A DNA stretch of 30,986 bases from a virus. Taxonomy: Duplodnaviria; Caudoviricetes. How positions within the stretch are numbered: the stretch's first letter is position 1; every line of letters starts with the position of its first letter. The DNA lies in IMG/VR virus record IMGVR_UViG_3300032225_000704, positions 1 to 30,986 of that record. One strand, written 5' to 3'. Of the stretch, positions 1 to 7,951 are shown piece after piece. Position numbers and translations under genes: made by a program. The notes beneath the pieces were generated by a model. It saw only the letters and a program-made list of their open reading frames with translations. It searched no databases and was not told where the DNA came from.

Positions 1-123
1 ATACAAGCAAATGCAGCATACATACAAGCTAATACACCAACAGCAATTGCTAATTCGGCGGCAGTTTATGCTAATGGAGCTTTTATACAAGCAAATGCAG
101 CATACATACAAGCTAATACACCA
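1..123 (+). repeat. 39-bp exact direct repeat (1-39 = 85-123) inside the heptad-coding region
   Basis: atacaagcaaatgcagcatacatacaagctaatacacca occurs twice, offset by 84 nt (four heptads). Confidence 0.9.
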
Positions 124-516
124 GATTATGTTGCTAACTCGGCAGCTTTATATGCTAATAGTGCTTTCACTCAAGCCAATAATTCCGCTAAGTTAGTTCC
201 ACAAAATGCACAAACCACAAATTATACATTGCAATTATCAGATGCAGGTAAACACATATACTATACACAATCAACGGCTGCGACATTATATATTCCAACA
301 TTCTCTGATGTAGCTTTTTCTAATGGTTCAACTATTATGATTATTTCTAAAACATCATCAAGTGCAAATGTAACAGTAACACCAAATACTGGTGTATCAT
401 TATTTCTTGCTGGTAATACAACAAGTTCTTCACGAATTGTTACAACATATGGCATGGCATCATTGATTCAAGTCGCAGCAAACACATGGTTTATTAATGG
501 TACCGGAGTAGTGTAA
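1..516 (+). CDS. 5'-truncated fibre 'stalk' protein with ANxA heptad repeats and a C-terminal ~105-aa domain (QNAQTTNYTLQLSDAGK...TWFINGTGVV)
   Basis: Frame 1 is open from base 1 (IQANAAYIQANTPTAIANSAAVYANGAF...) to TAA at 514-516. The tracked 229..516 ORF is only its tail. The stop overlaps the next ATG (TAATG). Confidence 0.8.
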   Translation: MQANAAYIQANTPTAIANSAAVYANGAFIQANAAYIQANTPDYVANSAALYANSAFTQANNSAKLVPQNAQTTNYTLQLSDAGKHIYYTQSTAATLYIPTFSDVAFSNGSTIMIISKTSSSANVTVTPNTGVSLFLAGNTTSSSRIVTTYGMASLIQVAANTWFINGTGVV

Positions 517-1448
517 TGAGTGGTATGATGGCTATGATGGCAAGTAATGTGAGAGCACCAGTGGTTTCTGGTGGAGGTGGTGGCGGGTCGGGCAATTCAA
601 TTGATTATCTAATAGTAGCCGGAGGTGGTGGTGGTGGTAATGACGTTGGTGGTGGTGGTGGTGCCGGCGGTTTAATATATTCAACTGGAACTCCTTTACT
701 CACCGGAGTTACATATACCGTAACAGTTGGGCTGGGTGGTGGTGGTGCGGGATCCAACCAGCGAGGTGGAAATGGACAAAATAGTGTAATTAGTGCCAGT
801 GGTTTTACTACCGCTACTGCTGTGGGTGGAGGCGGTGGCGGTTCGTGGAATTTTAGTGGTCTTAGTGGTGGTGCTAGTGGTGGTTCAGGTGGTGGTGGAT
901 CTAATTTTTCTGCAGCCATAGGAACTGGTACAGCGGGACAAGGATTTGATGGCGGTCAATCTGCTGGCAGTGGCGGTAGTGCGAATGACTATTCAGGAGC
1001 ATCAGGTGGTGGCGGAGCAGGCCAAGCAGGTGGACCAGGTGCAACCAGTGGCTGGAGTGCTGGATCAACCACAATTGGTTATGGTGGTAGAGGAAAAAGC
1101 GACTCAGAAGTTGGTAATTTTTTAAGCATAACTTCTAGTGGTGTACTAAATGCATCCTCAGTTCGATACATTGCTGGTGGTGGTGGTGCCAGTAGCGACC
1201 TTCGCACTTATTATGGAGTGGGAGGTGATGGTGGTGGCGGAACGGGTGGCAGCACAGCAGGAACAACAAACTCAGGTGGAGGAGGAGGTGGCGGTGGAGC
1301 AATCCAAACAGGCGGCGCCGGCGGGTCTGGATTGGTTATTATCAAGGTACCTGTAACCGCTGTTTCAACCACAGGATCACCCACAGTTGTAAATTCTGGT
1401 GGTTTTAATTACTACAAATTTACTGCTTCGGGCAGTATAACATTTTAA
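516..1448 (+). CDS. Glycine-rich (polyglycine) virion protein, putative fibre-tip adhesin
   Basis: 310 aa with IDYLIVAGGGGGG...GGGGAGG, YTVTVGxGG, AVGGGGGG, YIAGGGG and GGSGLVIIK motifs, plus a short hydrophobic N-terminal tag MSGMMAMMAS. Translationally coupled to the upstream stalk. Confidence 0.7.
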   Translation: MSGMMAMMASNVRAPVVSGGGGGGSGNSIDYLIVAGGGGGGNDVGGGGGAGGLIYSTGTPLLTGVTYTVTVGLGGGGAGSNQRGGNGQNSVISASGFTTATAVGGGGGGSWNFSGLSGGASGGSGGGGSNFSAAIGTGTAGQGFDGGQSAGSGGSANDYSGASGGGGAGQAGGPGATSGWSAGSTTIGYGGRGKSDSEVGNFLSITSSGVLNASSVRYIAGGGGASSDLRTYYGVGGDGGGGTGGSTAGTTNSGGGGGGGGAIQTGGAGGSGLVIIKVPVTAVSTTGSPTVVNSGGFNYYKFTASGSITF

Positions 1449-1451
1449 CAC

Positions 1452-1459
1452 AATAAATA
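1452..1459 (+). promoter_or_regulatory. T4-type late promoter variant AATAAATA
   Basis: 7/8 match to TATAAATA in an 18-nt gap, 7 nt before ATG 1467. Confidence 0.5.
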
Positions 1460-1466
1460 TAATACT

Positions 1467-1812
1467 ATGGCAAAACTTCAATCAGGAACAAGAATATATG
1501 GCAATACGTCAATTGATACCTTTATTACTGTAGGCGCAAACGCATCTATAACTGGTACAACAAATGCAACATCAAACTCAACAGGTACTTTAACAGTTGC
1601 TGGTGGTGTTGGTATTAAAGGTAATGTATTTACAGGTTCCATATACATCACTGGTACCTCAAACAATCTTACATTTGTAGATGGTAGCATTTGATAAAGC
1701 CAATACAGTCAATGCATTTGCTCAGGCAGCCTTCAATAAAGCAAATACTGGTGGTTCTGCTACATTCATAGAACAAAAAACTGAACAAATGGCAGCCACG
1801 TTAGAAACATAA
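1467..1812 (+). pseudogene. Collapsed chimeric cassette: stalk 5' end (ORF 1467-1694) + 73-bp piece of a stalk + 3' end of a cupin paralog
   Basis: The ORF starts like paralogs 5282 and 13873 (MAKLQSGTRIYG) and stops right after TFVDGSI. 1687-1759 is identical to 2347-2419. 1752-1812 matches 5194-5254 at 55/61 nt. Confidence 0.85.
1687..1759 (+). repeat. 73-bp exact direct repeat, second copy at 2347-2419
   Basis: gcatttgataaagccaatacagtc...gcaaatactggtggttctg reads identically at both places (offset 660). Confidence 0.95.
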
Positions 1813-1839
1813 TTACGTTATATAACTTAAACACAAAAA

Positions 1840-2664
1840 ATGGCACTTACCAGAATACAACCATCAGCATTAGATATAACACTAAGTTATAGAGCTAATA
1901 ACTTTACAGCCAACTATGTTACGTTTGGTGATGGTACAGTACAAACTACGGCAGGTGGTGGTTCTGCAGCAGGTTCGTATGCTAATTCAGCATATGGTGT
2001 CGCAAACTCGTCTGCGACTTATGCTAACGGATCTTTCAGTCAAGCAAATGCGGCATACATACAAGCTAACACACCAACATATGTTGCTAACTCAGCAGCC
2101 ACTTATGCTAATGGAGCTTTTATACAGGCTAATAGTTCGTTCGGTGTATCAAATTCAGCATCAACTTATGCCAACGGTGCTTTTGTTCAGGCTAATAGTT
2201 CATTTGGTGTTGCTAATTCATCTGCCATTTATGCTAACGGAGCTTTTGTACAGGCCAATGCCGCATTTTCACAAGCAAACACCTCTAATACAGTTGCAAT
2301 AGCGGCTTATGTACAAGCAAATGCAGCCAATCTAACTGCTGTTACCGCATTTGATAAAGCCAATACAGTCAATGCATTTGCTCAGGCAGCCTTCAATAAA
2401 GCAAATACTGGTGGTTCTGGTTCATCATCTGGTTATTTGAATAATGCAGTTATCTTTGCTAATACAACAGGCTATCTAAGCAACACAAGTAATTTACAAT
2501 ACTCTGCTTCTAATAATTCCTTGTTTGTTGGTAGTACAAGTGCGGCAGGTAACGTATACATAGGTTCAAACGGTAGAATAACTTTTTCAAATACAACAAG
2601 TATTAGTGTTGTATATCAGGTTTATAATACAGCTAACAATAGTTTAGATACAATTTTTGGATGA
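1840..2664 (+). CDS. Fibre stalk protein (ANxA heptads, GYLSN module, C-terminal LDTIFG)
   Basis: 274 aa with VTFGDGTVQTTA, a long run of YANxAF/ANSA heptads and SSGYLNNAVIFANTTGYLSN. It ends YNTANNSLDTIFG, like gene 8530. Confidence 0.75.
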   Translation: MALTRIQPSALDITLSYRANNFTANYVTFGDGTVQTTAGGGSAAGSYANSAYGVANSSATYANGSFSQANAAYIQANTPTYVANSAATYANGAFIQANSSFGVSNSASTYANGAFVQANSSFGVANSSAIYANGAFVQANAAFSQANTSNTVAIAAYVQANAANLTAVTAFDKANTVNAFAQAAFNKANTGGSGSSSGYLNNAVIFANTTGYLSNTSNLQYSASNNSLFVGSTSAAGNVYIGSNGRITFSNTTSISVVYQVYNTANNSLDTIFG

Positions 2665-2672
2665 TGAATTAA

Positions 2673-3959
2673 ATGGCAACATTGAGTGTTAATCCTTCTG
2701 GTGTACTTTCTACAAATAATATATTTGATGAAACACAAACATTAACCTATAATGGTTTACCTGTAGCAGATAGACTAACAAGTACAACATATCAAATTTC
2801 TGGCATATTAGATGAAACAAAGACCTTAACATATAATGGTTTATCTGTAGCAAGACGTATAGATAAAAGCGGAAATTTATATGTTGCTGGTTACTTAGAT
2901 GAAACTATACCAGCAGTAACTTCTGGTGGTGGCGGAGGCGGTGGTACATACGCTACAGGTGGTACTGTTGTTGATATCACAGGATACAAAGTACATATAT
3001 TCAATTCTTCTGGTACTTTTGCAACAACATCAAGTTGGCCATCAGGTCGCACAATAGAATATGTAGTTGTTGCTGGTGGTGGCGGTGGTGGATCCGGTGA
3101 AGCTGGTGGTGGTGCAGGTGGTTATTTAACTGCATCTGGAGTCACCGCAGCAGTATCAACCAATTATGCAGTCACAGTTGGTGGCGGCGGCACTACTGGG
3201 ACTAATGGTGCTAATACTTCAATCATTGGTGGTGCAATTTCGGTCACATCTATTGGTGGTGGTGGTGGTGGCGCAATTGCAAGCAATGGCCAAAATGGTG
3301 GTTCAGGCGGTGGTGGCGGTACAGACCAAACTGGTGGTAATGGTACGGGAGGTAAAGGCGTTTATCCCGGATCAACGTATTTGAGTCAAGCAAGACAAGG
3401 ATATGATGGCGCAGATGCTGCTGGAAAAACCAGCAGTTATTCTGCAGGACCTGGCGGCGGCGCTGGCGGAGTTGGTGGTGTACAATTTGTTGGCCAAGGT
3501 GGTGGTTCTGGTGTGACCACTGCAATACTCTCAACCACTAGTTCTAGCAGTGTGTCAACAAACGGTCCAATTTTTGAAACATTAAATTTTACTATATCTT
3601 CAGGATTATGGTTTCAAACAGAGCAAGCAATATACATATACCGCACTTCAGATCCGACAAAATATATGTGGGGAGTAATAACGTCCTATTCAGGAACAAC
3701 ATTAACTTGTCTGGTGTACACAACCTTTACTGGAACATTCAGTGATTGGACAGTACAATATGCAATGGCTGGAGGTGGTGGTGGTAATTCAAACGCAACC
3801 GGCGCAATAACAAGTCTAGGCGGAGGTGGTGGAAATTACACCACCTACGTCACCGATGCCAGCCGAGATGCGTTGCCTAATAGTGGCGGCGGCGGCGGTG
3901 TCTATAAGACTCAATTAGGTGGGTCAGGAGTAGTAATGATTAAATACGCATATCCATAG
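2673..3959 (+). CDS. Glycine-rich adhesin-like protein with N-terminal triple (F/L)DET domain and an inserted ~75-aa domain
   Basis: 428 aa. IFDET, ILDET and YLDET repeats lie in the first ~78 aa, followed by the polyglycine domain IEYVVVAGGGGGG...GGSGVVMIKY, paralogous to gene 516. Confidence 0.7.
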   Translation: MATLSVNPSGVLSTNNIFDETQTLTYNGLPVADRLTSTTYQISGILDETKTLTYNGLSVARRIDKSGNLYVAGYLDETIPAVTSGGGGGGGTYATGGTVVDITGYKVHIFNSSGTFATTSSWPSGRTIEYVVVAGGGGGGSGEAGGGAGGYLTASGVTAAVSTNYAVTVGGGGTTGTNGANTSIIGGAISVTSIGGGGGGAIASNGQNGGSGGGGGTDQTGGNGTGGKGVYPGSTYLSQARQGYDGADAAGKTSSYSAGPGGGAGGVGGVQFVGQGGGSGVTTAILSTTSSSSVSTNGPIFETLNFTISSGLWFQTEQAIYIYRTSDPTKYMWGVITSYSGTTLTCLVYTTFTGTFSDWTVQYAMAGGGGGNSNATGAITSLGGGGGNYTTYVTDASRDALPNSGGGGGVYKTQLGGSGVVMIKYAYP

Positions 3960-3969
3960 GTAGATAAAC

Positions 3970-4701
3970 ATGGCACATTTTGCACAACTAGATGACAACA
4001 ATATTGTACTACAAGTAATTGTGGTTGCAGACGAGCACGAACAAAACGGTGAACAATGGTGTCATGAGTTTGCGGGTGGTCGTTGGAAACAGACCAGTCG
4101 CAGTGGTAGAATTCGTAAAAACTTTGCTGGTATAGGTTACACCTACGATGAACAACGTGATGCTTTTATACCACCTCGACCATTCCCAAGTTGGACATTG
4201 AACGAAGATACTTGTCGTTGGGAATCATCAAATCCAAAACCAGATACAGAATATCAATATAGATGGTCTGAGTTATTGAGTCAATGGATACCCACAAACA
4301 AATGGTTGTTTGAAAACTATGGATTAACACAAGACTATTCTTTAATTGTGTCTACTGTTGAAAAATATGGTCTAGAAGATAGAAAATTAGTTAAGATAAT
4401 TGACAAACCAGAATATGTTTTACAATTAGAAAAAGCCAATAATATATTGTTTGTTCACGCTCAAGTGCCTGAATGGACTGCCGAAATCAAAAAACAATAT
4501 CTTTCAGACATAGACACTTTACATAAAGAAATAGGTACAGAAATTTATGCCTATCATTCATTAGGGAATGTTGAATTAGAAGAAAAAACATTACAATTAG
4601 TAAAGTTTGCTGAACTGTTTGGATTCTATCACCATGAAAATGTTGTGTTAGGAGATGGACTAGAACACTTCATTCTCAAACGTGAGGTACCAAGTGCATG
4701 A
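3970..4701 (+). CDS. Conserved phage hypothetical protein (MAHFA... family, possible fibre-assembly chaperone) with a C-terminal extension
   Basis: 243 aa. The N-terminal ~105 aa (MAHFAQLD..V.QVIVV...WKQTS...RKNFAGIGYTYD...DAFIPP.PFPSW.L.E.TC.W) is a pattern I recognise as commonly following Gly-rich genes in aquatic phages. The chaperone function is inferred from position only. Confidence 0.55.
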   Translation: MAHFAQLDDNNIVLQVIVVADEHEQNGEQWCHEFAGGRWKQTSRSGRIRKNFAGIGYTYDEQRDAFIPPRPFPSWTLNEDTCRWESSNPKPDTEYQYRWSELLSQWIPTNKWLFENYGLTQDYSLIVSTVEKYGLEDRKLVKIIDKPEYVLQLEKANNILFVHAQVPEWTAEIKKQYLSDIDTLHKEIGTEIYAYHSLGNVELEEKTLQLVKFAELFGFYHHENVVLGDGLEHFILKREVPSA

Positions 4702-5254
4702 TGAGCTGGATGATTTTTTAACTTGGTTTTTGGCAACAAGTCCAACATTAGGTAAAATTCCTGTTATGTCGGCAGTATATAATTTTGGCCAAGACAATCA
4801 AGGTGGACATGTTATGTCGGGAATTTGGTATAGAAATAAACAATTTCAAGTTGAACTGTTTATGGTTTCTGGACCTTGTATTATACCAGAACATACACAT
4901 CCAAATGTAGATTCGTTTGAAGTGTTACTTGGTGGACAAATTAGATTCTCACGTGATGGTAAATGGATGATACCAGAAACATATCAAATTGATGTTAGTG
5001 AAAATGGAACATCTCCATATAGGGGAGAAATTATAAGAGTAAATCATAATACTCCACATGGTGGTGTTGTTGGGCCTGGAGGCGCTATGTTCTTTTCAGT
5101 ACAACATTGGTTAAATGATGTAGAACCACATAGTGTAGGTCTTGATTGGAATGGATATACAGCATCGCAAGAACAATTAGAAAAATTAAAGTTTGGTTCT
5201 GCCTCGTTTATAGAACAAAAAACTGAACAAATGGCGGCCACATTAGAAACATAA
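4694..5254 (+). CDS. Cupin-fold metal-binding protein
   Basis: Cupin motifs IPEHTHPNVDSFE (HxH...E) and RVNHNTPHGG. Start is more likely GTG 4694 (GAGG at 4684-4687) than the tracked GTG 4682. Overlaps the upstream stop. Confidence 0.7.
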   Translation: MHDELDDFLTWFLATSPTLGKIPVMSAVYNFGQDNQGGHVMSGIWYRNKQFQVELFMVSGPCIIPEHTHPNVDSFEVLLGGQIRFSRDGKWMIPETYQIDVSENGTSPYRGEIIRVNHNTPHGGVVGPGGAMFFSVQHWLNDVEPHSVGLDWNGYTASQEQLEKLKFGSASFIEQKTEQMAATLET

Positions 5255-5281
5255 ATAAAGTATATAACTTGAGTATAAAAG

Positions 5282-6475
5282 ATGGCATTATTAAAAAGTA
5301 ACACAATCATTTATGGAACAGCAAACGTACAGAGTGTATTGGCTGTTGGTGGAGTAACGCCAAATAATTCTGTTAATATTTCAACTGGTTCTTTAGTTGT
5401 TACTGGTGGTGTAGGTATTTCTGGCAACACTTATGTCGGTGGTATTATTGCAGCTTCAGGTCCAAGTTCAACAGTATACGTTACTCAAAGTCAATTAAGC
5501 CAAGACATATCAAATACAAATGCTCACTTATATACATTGAGTATGTTCTCTGGCAACACCGACCAATCAATTCAAATTGGTGGACAGAACTTTGCAAATA
5601 CACAAAACTCATCTACTGACTTAGCATTATATAATAACTTAGGTACTGATGTAAGTAACTTTATAGATATGGGTATCACAAGTTTTGCTTACAATACAAC
5701 TATAAACAACTTTACGGCTGCGCAGCCAGGCGATGCATATCTTTATTCTAATGGTGTAAACCTTCTACTTGGTACACAAACAATAGGTAAAAACTTAAAA
5801 ATATTTGTTGGCGGTTATAATGCATCTAATGTGGCCGCAACATTTAACGCACCAAATACAGCATCAACATCCAATATTACTGGTACATTAACTGTTGTTG
5901 GTGGTGTTGGTGTCAAAGGTAATGTGGCCACAGATGGTATCATCTTTGCTGATGGTACAAGACAAACAACAGCAGGTGGTGGCGGTGGTTCATCTTCCGG
6001 TTATCTTGCAAACTCAATTATTTTTGCTAATACAACTGGTTACTTAAGCAATGTAAATGGTTTACAATTCTTCTCATCAAATAATACGATAAGAACAACC
6101 AGTTTAACATTGACTACTGGTGCTGGTGGACAAATTACTTTTGCGGATGGTACAACACAATCAACTAGACCACCACGTTTTCTAGAAATTATTGCTGTGC
6201 CTTCAACAAGTGCTCAGAGTGCAACCGCAAATGTATTTGGTGTTGTTGAAATACCTGTTTCAGGTACAATAAACTTAATACGTGCAAGAACTACAACAGG
6301 CACTTGTAACGTAATATTTAAAATTAACAGTTCAAATATTGGTTATGTAAATGCAAATACAAGTGGTGCAGCGAATACAGTGTCAACAACAATTAATGCC
6401 TATGATGCATTGACAGTTGATGTTTTATCTCCAACAGGAAATGGTTTAGTAGTTATAGTGAGAGTCCAGGAGTAA
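5282..6475 (+). CDS. Fibre stalk protein (TxIYG anchor, two GGVG modules, GYLSN module, C-terminal beta-rich domain)
   Basis: 397 aa. Begins MALLKSNTIIYG, contains TGSLVVTGGVGISGN, TGTLTVVGGVGVKGN and two FADG modules, and ends DALTVDVLSPTGNGLVVIVRVQE. CATAAATA at 5250-5257 upstream. Confidence 0.7.
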   Translation: MALLKSNTIIYGTANVQSVLAVGGVTPNNSVNISTGSLVVTGGVGISGNTYVGGIIAASGPSSTVYVTQSQLSQDISNTNAHLYTLSMFSGNTDQSIQIGGQNFANTQNSSTDLALYNNLGTDVSNFIDMGITSFAYNTTINNFTAAQPGDAYLYSNGVNLLLGTQTIGKNLKIFVGGYNASNVAATFNAPNTASTSNITGTLTVVGGVGVKGNVATDGIIFADGTRQTTAGGGGGSSSGYLANSIIFANTTGYLSNVNGLQFFSSNNTIRTTSLTLTTGAGGQITFADGTTQSTRPPRFLEIIAVPSTSAQSATANVFGVVEIPVSGTINLIRARTTTGTCNVIFKINSSNIGYVNANTSGAANTVSTTINAYDALTVDVLSPTGNGLVVIVRVQE

Positions 6476-6478
6476 TTT

Positions 6479-7636
6479 ATGGCAAACAGATATTGGGTAG
6501 GCGGCGCAGGTACATGGGATGGAAGTAGCTCAAGTCATTGGAGTACTTCTTCTGGTGGGTCAGGTGGTGCCAGTATACCAACTGCCGCAGATGCAGTCTT
6601 TTTGGATTCAAATTCAGGGTCAGGATTAATTACAGTTGGTCCTACTATTTCTGGCAGTGCAGTATCATGTGCTTCTTTAAACTGCACAGGTTTCACTGGA
6701 ACATTGGATACAATACCTGCCTTTTTTCAAACCTCTGAAAACTCTGCACTGGGTTTCAATGTTTATGGCAATGTTACATTGTCCAGTGGTGGAACATATT
6801 TTGTAACTCCTTATTATGGTCTTGATGGCGGGTCAGGATTTGGTGTTAGCATGATAGGCACAGGCACACTTACGTCTGTAGGAAAAACAATAAGTGGTTT
6901 AATGGTTGGAGATGGTACAACTGCTACAACTACCACACTGGGTGATAACCTGTCTATTCAACCAAATAGTACTAATTACGCCTCGGCTGTATTTATTCTC
7001 AATGGGAATTGCACATTTAATGCAAATAATTTTAATGTGGACACACAAGATTTCATTGTTTTTGATACCGGCAGTGGCGTTTCCACTACCGTAAACATGG
7101 GTTCAGGTACCTGGCGAATCTGGGATAACACATTTGGCTGGGCAATTTACCCGGACCTTTACGATACAATTACCATAAATCCCGGCACTTCTACTATACA
7201 AATGGGTAGCACATGGTCTGCGTATACGCCTTTTACCGGGGGTGGATATACCTATAATAATTTAACAATTACAGGTAGGGTAGGTGTCTCTGGTAACAAC
7301 ACTTTTAATACCATCACTACAAATTATATTGCAGGTAGTAGATCCATACAATTTGAGGCAAGTTCCACTCAAACAGTGACCAATTTTAATGTGTCGGGAA
7401 CTGCTGGTAATAGTTGGCTTTTGCAAAGCGACACCTCTGGAACAAGATTTAATTTGTCCAAAGCAAGTGGTACTGTGAGTGTGGATTATTTAAGTATACA
7501 AGATTCAAACGCCACAGGTGGTGCCGCCTGGTACGCAGGCACACACTCAACCAATGTGTCAAACAATTTAGGTTGGACGTTTACAGCACCTCCAGGACCA
7601 TCGGTTGCATTTACACCCGTTGTAATGTTTTTTTAA
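6479..7636 (+). CDS. Putative fibre-tip protein, YW..GTW family (likely beta-helical), C-terminal tag PVVMFF
   Basis: 385 aa. Begins MANRYWVGGAGTWD...HWS and ends VDYLSIQDSNA...WYAG..S.N..NN.GW.F..PP. Paralogous to gene 11885 at both ends. 3-nt gap from the stalk. Confidence 0.6.
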   Translation: MANRYWVGGAGTWDGSSSSHWSTSSGGSGGASIPTAADAVFLDSNSGSGLITVGPTISGSAVSCASLNCTGFTGTLDTIPAFFQTSENSALGFNVYGNVTLSSGGTYFVTPYYGLDGGSGFGVSMIGTGTLTSVGKTISGLMVGDGTTATTTTLGDNLSIQPNSTNYASAVFILNGNCTFNANNFNVDTQDFIVFDTGSGVSTTVNMGSGTWRIWDNTFGWAIYPDLYDTITINPGTSTIQMGSTWSAYTPFTGGGYTYNNLTITGRVGVSGNNTFNTITTNYIAGSRSIQFEASSTQTVTNFNVSGTAGNSWLLQSDTSGTRFNLSKASGTVSVDYLSIQDSNATGGAAWYAGTHSTNVSNNLGWTFTAPPGPSVAFTPVVMFF

Positions 7637-7672
7637 TATAAAAAATTTAACAATTGGTAGCCACCTTAGAAT

Positions 7673-7696
7673 CATAAATACCTCAATAGAGAGGAA
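7673..7696 (+). promoter_or_regulatory. Late promoter variant CATAAATA and Shine-Dalgarno (GAGGA) of the orphan gp13 fragment
   Basis: CATAAATA at 7673-7680, GAGAGGA just upstream of ATG 7702. Confidence 0.6.
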
Positions 7697-7701
7697 AATA
7701 A

Positions 7702-7924
7702 ATGGCCACAATAACATCTAGAAGCGCTTTTAAAGATTACTGTCTACGTAGATTAGGGTTTCCTGTAATTGAAATCAACGCCGGTGCAACCGGTGCTAAT
7801 ATAACACCACCCAGTACAGGACTCATGGTTACTGGCGGTGGTGGCGGCACCAAACAGCACTAGGCCCACTGTTGCTCGAGGTGGTAACGGCGGACCAGGT
7901 TTTGTAATCATAATATCTTGGTGA
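7702..7924 (+). pseudogene. Chimeric remnant: first 26 codons of a divergent gp13 neck gene fused to deleted pieces of a Gly-rich gene
   Basis: 7702-7863 reads MATITSRSAFKDYCLRRLGFPVIEIN-AGATGANITPPSTGLMVTGGGGGTKQH*. The first 26 aa are 18/26 identical to gp13 at 17541. A shifted frame ending at TGA 7922-7924 reads ...PTVARGGNGGPGFVIIISW*, a typical Gly-rich C-terminus. Confidence 0.85.
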
Positions 7925-7951
7925 TAAATAATAGAATAACTCTAAAATAAA

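Noticed and set aside
229-516. Stand-alone 95-aa gene from the ORF track
   Set aside because: The TTG start is internal. The same frame is open from base 1 with ANxA repeats.
516-1448. Collagen-like triple helix or ice-nucleation repeats
   Set aside because: Glycines occur in runs rather than a sustained Gly-X-Y period, and no AGYGST-type octapeptide period is seen.
1681-1694. Programmed +1 frameshift extending ORF 1467 into the AFDKAN frame
   Set aside because: There is no recognisable slippery site, and the frame change coincides exactly with the start of the 73-bp duplicated block, so a deletion junction explains it better.
1752-1812. Diversity-generating retroelement TR/VR pair (near-repeat with 5194-5254, plus an Mtd_N-like domain nearby)
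   Set aside because: Mismatches are not adenine-specific (they include T/C and C/T) and are mostly synonymous. There is no reverse transcriptase or Avd gene and no lectin-type target in the window.
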